Shown in pieces: positions 49,717 through 56,021 of a stretch of 56,021 nucleotides of DNA. Made by a program: the position numbers and the translations under genes. The notes beneath the pieces were generated by a model, which was not told the DNA's origin, did no database searches, and was given only the letters and a program-made list of their open reading frames with translations. Location: sequence record SRR20825006_2977. One strand, 5' to 3'. The stretch's first letter is position 1. Every line of letters begins with the position of its first letter.

Positions 49717-50829
49717 GTGTCGGTCAAAGCAAATCAAAAGAAGAAGCCGTCAAACCAGCGAAGAGACCAGGAAGGTTCCTCTCCGATGCGTCTCGCGGGC
49801 GCCATCTCCGCAGGCGCCGCGGTGATTCTGGTCGCGACGTGTGTGCTCTTCTGGGCGCACTACAACTCGTGGAGCGAGGCCCCTGTTTTAGAGGATGGCG
49901 AACGCATCACGCTCATCATCCCTCATGATACGGCCTGGCCCGGCGTCGTGAAGCTGATGAAAGAGCAGGGCATGATCGCCAGACCTCGTTATTTCGACGT
50001 CTGGGCCAGACGTCGCGATCTGCCAAAACACGTCAAGGCGGGGAATTACATGCTCGAGGGGCCGCTCTCACTCGAGCAGCTCGACGAGACCTTGCGCGAA
50101 GGGGGCGCCACCGAGGATGTGCTACTGACCATCCCCGAAGGCTTCAACATCTTCCATATCGCCGATCGCGTCGAATCACTCGGCTTATGCGGTAGAGACG
50201 CCTTCCTCGCCGCCGCGCGCGACAAGGAGCTGCTCGAAGCGCACGATATCCCCGGCGAGTCTTTCGAGGGATACCTCTTCCCTGACTCTTACCGGATCGG
50301 CAAGGGCGCCACGCCGCGCCAGATCGTCCAGACGCTGCACGCGCAGTGGGACAAGAACTGGGATGAGATCGTCGCCGAGCACCCGGACGCGCTCGAAAAA
50401 ATGGAGAACGAGCACGCGCTCACACGTCACGACATCGTGATCCTCGCGAGCATCGTCGAGCGCGAGACCAACTACGCGCCAGAGCTCGGTCTGGTCGCCA
50501 GAGTCTTCCTCAACAGGTTGGAGAGGGACATGCGCCTCCAGACCGATCCGACGTGTGTCTACGGCGATGAAACCTACGACAAGATCCCCGCGCCAAAGTA
50601 CTGCAAGAACCCGCTCAATCGTTACTCGACCTACATCATCGACGGGTTACCTCCAGGTCCTATCTCGAACCCTGGCAAGGAGGCGCTCGAGGCATCACTG
50701 GTTCCTGCCACTGGCAAGGACGCCAAACGCTACCTCTTCTTTGTCGCCAAACGCGATGGCTCCGGCGCGCATCACTTCACCGCGACGTTCAAGGAGCACA
50801 AGGCCGCCATCAGAAAATACCTCAAGTGA
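49717..50829 (+). CDS. mltG: Endolytic transglycosylase MltG
   Basis: N-terminal TM, 'TIPEG', 'EGYLFPDSY', 'LASIVERE', 'LQTDPT', 'GLPPGPISNPG'. RBS aggagg. Confidence 0.95.
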   Translation: MSVKANQKKKPSNQRRDQEGSSPMRLAGAISAGAAVILVATCVLFWAHYNSWSEAPVLEDGERITLIIPHDTAWPGVVKLMKEQGMIARPRYFDVWARRRDLPKHVKAGNYMLEGPLSLEQLDETLREGGATEDVLLTIPEGFNIFHIADRVESLGLCGRDAFLAAARDKELLEAHDIPGESFEGYLFPDSYRIGKGATPRQIVQTLHAQWDKNWDEIVAEHPDALEKMENEHALTRHDIVILASIVERETNYAPELGLVARVFLNRLERDMRLQTDPTCVYGDETYDKIPAPKYCKNPLNRYSTYIIDGLPPGPISNPGKEALEASLVPATGKDAKRYLFFVAKRDGSGAHHFTATFKEHKAAIRKYLK

Positions 50830-50851
50830 TACTTTTGAAGTGTGACTTTGT

Positions 50852-50903
50852 GGCAAGAGTAAGGGCGCGAAACCTTTGAAGGTTTCGCGCCCTTACTCTT
50901 GCC
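50852..50903. terminator. Hairpin between convergent genes
   Basis: 25-bp perfect arms 50852-50876 and 50879-50903. Confidence 0.75.
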
Positions 50904-50930
50904 TCTTGCCTTGTTGCAGACCAGCGTCGC

Positions 50931-53096
50931 TCAGCGGTAGCGGTCGAAGTGATTCAACACGAGCGAGACGTGCTCGTTTTGTGGGGCGAGCAGGTCGTTG
51001 ACCTTGAGGCCGACATCGCCAAACGAGTAGACGTAGTCCTCGATGAACACCGAGCGACGGATGCTCGTCCACCAGCGGTAGCGCGCGTCGCCTTCCTCGC
51101 AGGCCCACGATGCGTTGTCGTAGTACTCACACCAGTAATCGGCGGCCATTCGAGAGTGATTCACGCGGCCGATTTCGCTGATGCCCGCGGTCTCGTCGAT
51201 CTTGTAGAGGATCAACCCGGAGAAGTTCTCGCCACCGTTCTCGTCCCATTCGTGGATGTTCATGGGGACGGCGAGGATCTTTTTGACGGGGTGGTAGGTG
51301 AAGGCGTGGTGGTCCCACATCGCCTCGCTCCAGGAGGACCAGGAGCCCGTCGAGATCTTGTGTTGCGCGGTGCGCGTGGGGTTCTTCATGTCGGTGACAT
51401 CGAAGATCTGGAGATGCACGCCGGTGATGCGACCATCCGCGTCGCCATCCTGCCCGATCGTGAGCAAGTGATTCTGCCCGAGCGGGTGGATGTAGCTCGA
51501 GAAGCCGTTGATTTTAAGCTCGCCCTCGAGCTTGGGGTTGTGAGGATCGCTCAGGTCGAAGGTGAACAGAGGGTCGACCTGCTCGAAGGTCACCACGTAC
51601 CCCTTATCGCCCATGAAGCGCGCCGAGTAGATCTGCTCGCCAGGTGCGAGATCGCGGATCGATCCAGTCTCTTTCAGTTCGCCTTGTTTTTCCTCGAGGA
51701 TGGTGACGTGGTTGCCGCCAGTGTTCTCGCCAGTTTGCGTGGCTTCATCCCAGACCCACTGATTGTCCGTCGTGGCCACGCGGAAGTAGCCGTTATGCTC
51801 GCTCATCGAGAATTGGTTCAGCAACCAACCGTCGACCTTGCCGCTCGCTGTGTAGGCGGGGCGGTCATCAGACGTATCGAGGTCAAACTTGTGGATGTGC
51901 GTGGTGAGGTCCTGAGTTCCCCAACCCCACCACCACCAACCGCTCGTCATGGCGATATAGAGGCTCTTGGTGGATGCGTAGACCTGCCAGCCGTTGGCCA
52001 GCAGCCCGGTCGAGGTGATCGAGGACTTCTCGCCGAGATCGAGGTGCGTGATGTTGAGCACGCCCGTCTGCGCGAGCTGTGATGGCAGGAAGATGTCTGT
52101 GCAGTTGTAGAGTGGTCCTTCCTGGATTTGCATCCCGCTCGAATCGTACATGCGCTTGCGGGGGAGCATATCGACGACGTTGTCCTCATCGATTTCGCCA
52201 TGGAGGAGTGACTTGATGATGGGGCGTGCCTGAGTGCGAAGTTGTTCGAGGCGTTGCTCGTCTGCGTCGTACTCCGCTTCCGGGAGGAGGCTCTCGTTGT
52301 CACGAATCAGCCTCCAGTAATTGTAGGAGCTCTGGAGCCCGGAGTTCGAGACGATGTAGACGTCGCTCCCGATCATGCGCGCGTTCGTGTACCAGCCCTC
52401 GATGTCGATTTGACGGTCGAGCCTCGGGGCGGTGCGATCGGTGATGTCCATGACGGTGATGCGGGTGCCATAGAAGGTGTCGTGTTCTTCGAGCCGGTTG
52501 CCTTCTTCGTCGTATTTTTTGCCGTCGTCATAGATGTGAGAGAGCACGGCGAGTTTGTCTCCATCGAGGAACATGTCGCTCGGCCAGCCATCCTGGTTTT
52601 CGGAGAGCGTGAAGCGCGCGACCTCGTGGGTTTGTTCGGCGGGCCAACTGTCGAGGATCACGACATCGGAGCCTGCGATGGTGTAAATGTACTCGCCATC
52701 GGTCTTGAGGAAGTCCGCCTCGTCGACTCCTTCTTCCTGGTTGTTGGTGCCGGTGTAATCATCAGGAGAGCGCTCTTCGCCGCCGTTGTTGCCATTGTCG
52801 GCGGTCGGCGCCTGCGCGTTGTTTCCGCCAGCGCTGGCGTCCTCGGCGCCGAACCAATAGTTGTTGTATCGATCGCGCAGGATTTGCTCGGTGGTCACGT
52901 CGATGACGTGATCGGAGAGCGCGGCGCAGTTGCTGGCGGGGGCGAGCCGGTATGCGTTTGTCTGGACGGGTGGCCCTTCGGTCTTCGGCTCGGTCTCTTC
53001 GGGTTGGCAGCCGAAGGCAAACAGCGAGAGCGCGAGCGCGGCGCCTGTCCAGGTGGTATGTCGGGAGAGGGTAGTGACAGATTTTTGAGTGGTCAT
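50931..53096 (-). CDS. Secreted beta-propeller domain lipoprotein (Beta_propel family)
   Basis: Lipobox AFGC; 'TNNQEEGVDEAD..KTDG', 'LNQFSMSE', 'GEQIYSARF', 'VTFEQVDPLF', 'GELKINGFSSY'. Confidence 0.9.
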   Translation of the reverse strand: MTTQKSVTTLSRHTTWTGAALALSLFAFGCQPEETEPKTEGPPVQTNAYRLAPASNCAALSDHVIDVTTEQILRDRYNNYWFGAEDASAGGNNAQAPTADNGNNGGEERSPDDYTGTNNQEEGVDEADFLKTDGEYIYTIAGSDVVILDSWPAEQTHEVARFTLSENQDGWPSDMFLDGDKLAVLSHIYDDGKKYDEEGNRLEEHDTFYGTRITVMDITDRTAPRLDRQIDIEGWYTNARMIGSDVYIVSNSGLQSSYNYWRLIRDNESLLPEAEYDADEQRLEQLRTQARPIIKSLLHGEIDEDNVVDMLPRKRMYDSSGMQIQEGPLYNCTDIFLPSQLAQTGVLNITHLDLGEKSSITSTGLLANGWQVYASTKSLYIAMTSGWWWWGWGTQDLTTHIHKFDLDTSDDRPAYTASGKVDGWLLNQFSMSEHNGYFRVATTDNQWVWDEATQTGENTGGNHVTILEEKQGELKETGSIRDLAPGEQIYSARFMGDKGYVVTFEQVDPLFTFDLSDPHNPKLEGELKINGFSSYIHPLGQNHLLTIGQDGDADGRITGVHLQIFDVTDMKNPTRTAQHKISTGSWSSWSEAMWDHHAFTYHPVKKILAVPMNIHEWDENGGENFSGLILYKIDETAGISEIGRVNHSRMAADYWCEYYDNASWACEEGDARYRWWTSIRRSVFIEDYVYSFGDVGLKVNDLLAPQNEHVSLVLNHFDRYR

Positions 53097-53216
53097 GGTC
53101 ATGCTCCTCGAAATTTCATCGCATTGTGTTTCGGGCATATATGACGTCGAGCCTTTTAATATGGGGCTCGGCGCCGTTTCGTATCAGCGCTCCAGGCGCT
53201 GTCGTGAGAATGATAT

Positions 53217-53232
53217 TGCCAGAACCATGCCA
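53217..53232 (-). promoter_or_regulatory. Candidate sigma54 promoter
   Basis: Minus-strand TGGCATGGTTCTGGCA (GG-N10-GC), about 120 nt upstream of the beta-propeller gene. Confidence 0.4.
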
Positions 53233-53383
53233 GGGACACGCGATTGGTTGACCCTCGCCCGTCTTCTCTCTAGGCTAGTGGGAAGCAAAGAGCATGCAGC
53301 TTGCCGGGCAAGAGCCGGCCTCTCTAAAGCGAAGTGATCCTCGTGCGAGTTTGTTACCTTGTCGTGAAGCGAGTGATAGAGCG

Positions 53384-55000
53384 ATGAAGAGAACGTTGAT
53401 TTTCCCACTGGTGGCCACGAGCCTCGCGCTGGGCTGTGGTGAAGAGCCAAAGCCCGAGCTTCCTCCGCCGGTGATTGTCACGGGTGATATGGGGGGAGAT
53501 TCCGGCGGCTCGATGATCGATATGGCGCCCTTCATGATCCCGGATGTCCCAGACGAGCCCGAGTGCGACATGAACGCCATCGATCTGCCTGATCGATATG
53601 GGTTCGACACCAACTGTGATGGGATCGATGGCGACATCGCGCAGAGCGTCTTCGTGGCATCTTACGGGGATGACTCGTTCGATGGTTCTCGCTTCGAGCC
53701 AAAGCGCACCATCCAGGCCGCGCTCGATCAGGCATCGATGGACCCGACAAAGACGTGGGTGCTGGTGCAAGAGGGGCTCTACGATGGGCCGTTGACGCTG
53801 GTCGATGGCGTGAGCATCGCTGGAGGTTACGAGCTCGGCTGGGCGCGTGATGGCGATGGGTTCTCGACGCTCACCGGCGGAAACTCCGTCCTCAAAGGCA
53901 CGCCCACGATCCGTGGCACGGGTATTATCACTCCCACATACCTGATGAACCTCGAGGTTCGCCCTGAAGAACAGATCCCTCCCGGAGAGAGCGTTTATAC
54001 AGTCGCCTTGCTCGACAGCCCCGCGGTGATCCTCGAGCGCATGTTTATCCTCGGTGGTACGGCGGGCAACGGCCTCGATGGTGCTCCCGGCGAGCCGGGT
54101 GATAACGGCCCCCGGGGTGGCAAAGGCGGTGACGGAAAGGAAGATGGTGGAGGTGTGTGTTCGAGGAACGACAGACCCTCAGCAGGATCTGGAGGGCAGA
54201 ATAGTTGTGGCGGCGGCAATGGGGGCGATGGCGGGCGCCCTGGTAAGGGTGATAACGGCGGTGACAATGGCACTGGCGGCGAGAGCTCTGCTGATGGCGC
54301 GTCTGGAGGAAGTGCTGGTTCCGGTGGTTCGAAGAAGAACAGCGGGACAGCTGGAAGTGATGGTGCTGATGGTGAGGCTGGCGAGCCAGGTGTAGGCGCC
54401 GGTCCCGGAGGTTACTTCGACAACTTCAACTGGGTCGCTCAGTCCGGCAGTGTCGGTGGCGTGGGGAGCTATGGCGCCGGTGGTGGCGGAGGCGGTGGCG
54501 GCGGTGGTGGAACAGGTGGTTTCTGTGACTCTTATGGCGGCGCTGGTGGCGGAGGCGGAGCGGGTGGCTGTGGCGGCGGAGGCGGCGCCGGTGGTCAACC
54601 GGGCGGAGCTTCTGTCGCGCTCTTCTTGAAAGGGAGCGCGGGCGTTCAGATTCGAAGCACACGCATCGTGATCGGCCAGGGCGGTAACGGTGGTCGAGGA
54701 GGCAACGGCGGTACGGGGGGGGACGGTGGTCCTGGCGGAAAAGGCGGTAAGCGTGATGATGATGATGGCCTCGGCGGCGACGGCGGCGACGGTGGAAAGG
54801 GTGGCCTCGGCGGTACGGGTGGCGGCGGCGCGGGAGGTCCTGCGTATGGCATTTACTCTGATGCGACCATGCTCGTGCCACCTGCCGAGATGACCTACAT
54901 CCAGGGGCAGGGTGGCTTTGGCGGCGCGGGTTCTGGCCCCATGGGCCAGGGCGCTCCTGGCGCGAGCGCAGACATGCAGGTCGGAGAGGGCGCGCAGTGA
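53384..55000 (+). CDS. PE-PGRS-like glycine-rich lipoprotein
   Basis: Lipobox ALGC, 'DTNCDGIDGD', DUF1565-like 'FVAS.GDDS..GS...PKRTIQAAL', extensive GGxGG repeats. Confidence 0.8.
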   Translation: MKRTLIFPLVATSLALGCGEEPKPELPPPVIVTGDMGGDSGGSMIDMAPFMIPDVPDEPECDMNAIDLPDRYGFDTNCDGIDGDIAQSVFVASYGDDSFDGSRFEPKRTIQAALDQASMDPTKTWVLVQEGLYDGPLTLVDGVSIAGGYELGWARDGDGFSTLTGGNSVLKGTPTIRGTGIITPTYLMNLEVRPEEQIPPGESVYTVALLDSPAVILERMFILGGTAGNGLDGAPGEPGDNGPRGGKGGDGKEDGGGVCSRNDRPSAGSGGQNSCGGGNGGDGGRPGKGDNGGDNGTGGESSADGASGGSAGSGGSKKNSGTAGSDGADGEAGEPGVGAGPGGYFDNFNWVAQSGSVGGVGSYGAGGGGGGGGGGGTGGFCDSYGGAGGGGGAGGCGGGGGAGGQPGGASVALFLKGSAGVQIRSTRIVIGQGGNGGRGGNGGTGGDGGPGGKGGKRDDDDGLGGDGGDGGKGGLGGTGGGGAGGPAYGIYSDATMLVPPAEMTYIQGQGGFGGAGSGPMGQGAPGASADMQVGEGAQ

Positions 55001-55112
55001 GGTCGAAGACCTCCTCGCGCCGGTGAACACAACGCGCTATACTCCGGGCTGTTTGAACGAGCCAACAGGTCTCTCGTGACCTTCTTTACTGCCCCGACAT
55101 CTTGAGGCAAGC

Positions 55113-55976
55113 ATGAGCATCCTCGATCGACTCAACCTCCTGATTCGTTCCAATATCAATGACACGAGCTCTTCGGGCCGCTCCGCCTTTCGCTCGACCA
55201 TGCGCGATATGGAGTCCTCCCTGCGCGATGCTCGCCGCCAACTGGCCGAGCTTCGCGTCAACGAGCGAAAGCTCGTCGAGAACATCCGCCAGGAGCGCCA
55301 GCAGGTCGATCGCTGGGAAGATCGCGCCATCATGGCCCTGCAAAACGGCGATGATGATCTGGCCAGGAGCGCGATCATGGAGAAGAACAAGATCCAACGC
55401 GAGGTCGATCGTCTCCACGAACAACTCGACGATCATCGCGCCTACATGCGCGATATCGAGAGCTCGCTCGAGGCGCTCGAGGTCAAGCTCGAGGGAACGC
55501 GAGGTCGCATGGACGCCGAGCGTCGCGATCGCGGCTATGCTCGTGACGCTGGCCCGAGCCGCGGCGGCGCGACGAGCGAGCGTGACTGGGACGCCGAGAT
55601 GCGTCGTCGTATGCGAGACCGAGATGGTGTCTCCAGCGACAGGGATCGCTCGCGCGATTCCTACCGCGAGGATCGATATCGAGAGGATCGCTACCGCAGT
55701 GATCGTGGCTATCGCGGCGAGGATGGTGACACGACCCGCGCGCGCGGTCCGGGGTTCGACACCTTCGATACCGAGCCGACGTTTCGCGAGTTCGATCGTA
55801 TGTCACACCGGATCTCGACCATGGAGGCCGAGATCGACGCCATCCGCGAGCTCAGTGATGATGATCTGATGGATCCTCGCAAGCGAGAACTCGAGGACAT
55901 CTTCACCAAGATGGAGCGCAAGAAGAAGGTCGATGACGGCCTGAGCGATCTCAAGGCGAAGTTCTCCGACGATTGA
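55113..55976 (+). CDS. PspA/IM30 family protein
   Basis: 'MSILDRLNLLIRSNIN', 'WEDRAIMALQNGDDDLARSAI', 'FDRM..RI..MEAE', terminal 'LSDLKAK'. Confidence 0.85.
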   Translation: MSILDRLNLLIRSNINDTSSSGRSAFRSTMRDMESSLRDARRQLAELRVNERKLVENIRQERQQVDRWEDRAIMALQNGDDDLARSAIMEKNKIQREVDRLHEQLDDHRAYMRDIESSLEALEVKLEGTRGRMDAERRDRGYARDAGPSRGGATSERDWDAEMRRRMRDRDGVSSDRDRSRDSYREDRYREDRYRSDRGYRGEDGDTTRARGPGFDTFDTEPTFREFDRMSHRISTMEAEIDAIRELSDDDLMDPRKRELEDIFTKMERKKKVDDGLSDLKAKFSDD

Positions 55977-55992
55977 TCCTCGCCGACCGCAC

Positions 55993-56021
55993 GCAAAAAG
56001 AAGCCGCCGAACATTTATGCT
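55993..56021. repeat. Second copy of the 13389 repeat (left arm, cut by the window end)
   Basis: gcaaaaagaagccgccgaacatttatgct versus gcaaaaaagaagccgccgaaaaattatgct. Confidence 0.75.

Overview
GC-rich bacterial chromosomal window. Gene content points to Myxococcota or Bradymonadia (inference): a MYXO-CTERM-like sorting tail, many Cys-, Gly- and Asp-Met-rich lipoproteins, and TPR/cNMP/PilZ multidomain proteins. Housekeeping genes (rplC, guaB-guaA, serS, fsa/tal, fxsA, ruvX-mltG) are interspersed with an RND efflux operon and envelope proteins. The standout is a full-length bacterial homolog of the eukaryotic Major Vault Protein (40886-43360, minus strand), with about 7 vault repeats, an SPFH-like shoulder, a long cap helix and a cap-ring-like end. 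It is the last gene of a co-directional run of MMPL, GNAT, three unknown genes and a PP2C phosphatase, which also contains a perfect 28-bp inverted repeat. Other notable items: an orphan rplC with a structured ~225-nt leader; a probably inactive PHP protein with an RGG tail; two LRR proteins sharing a 50-aa N-terminal module; a J-like domain lacking HPD; a PspA with an Arg/Asp insert; a dispersed intergenic repeat; and several long perfect hairpins. No tRNA, rRNA, CRISPR array, transposase or integrase was recognised. All homology calls are from motif recognition by eye, not database searches, and several start codons were re-chosen by inspection.
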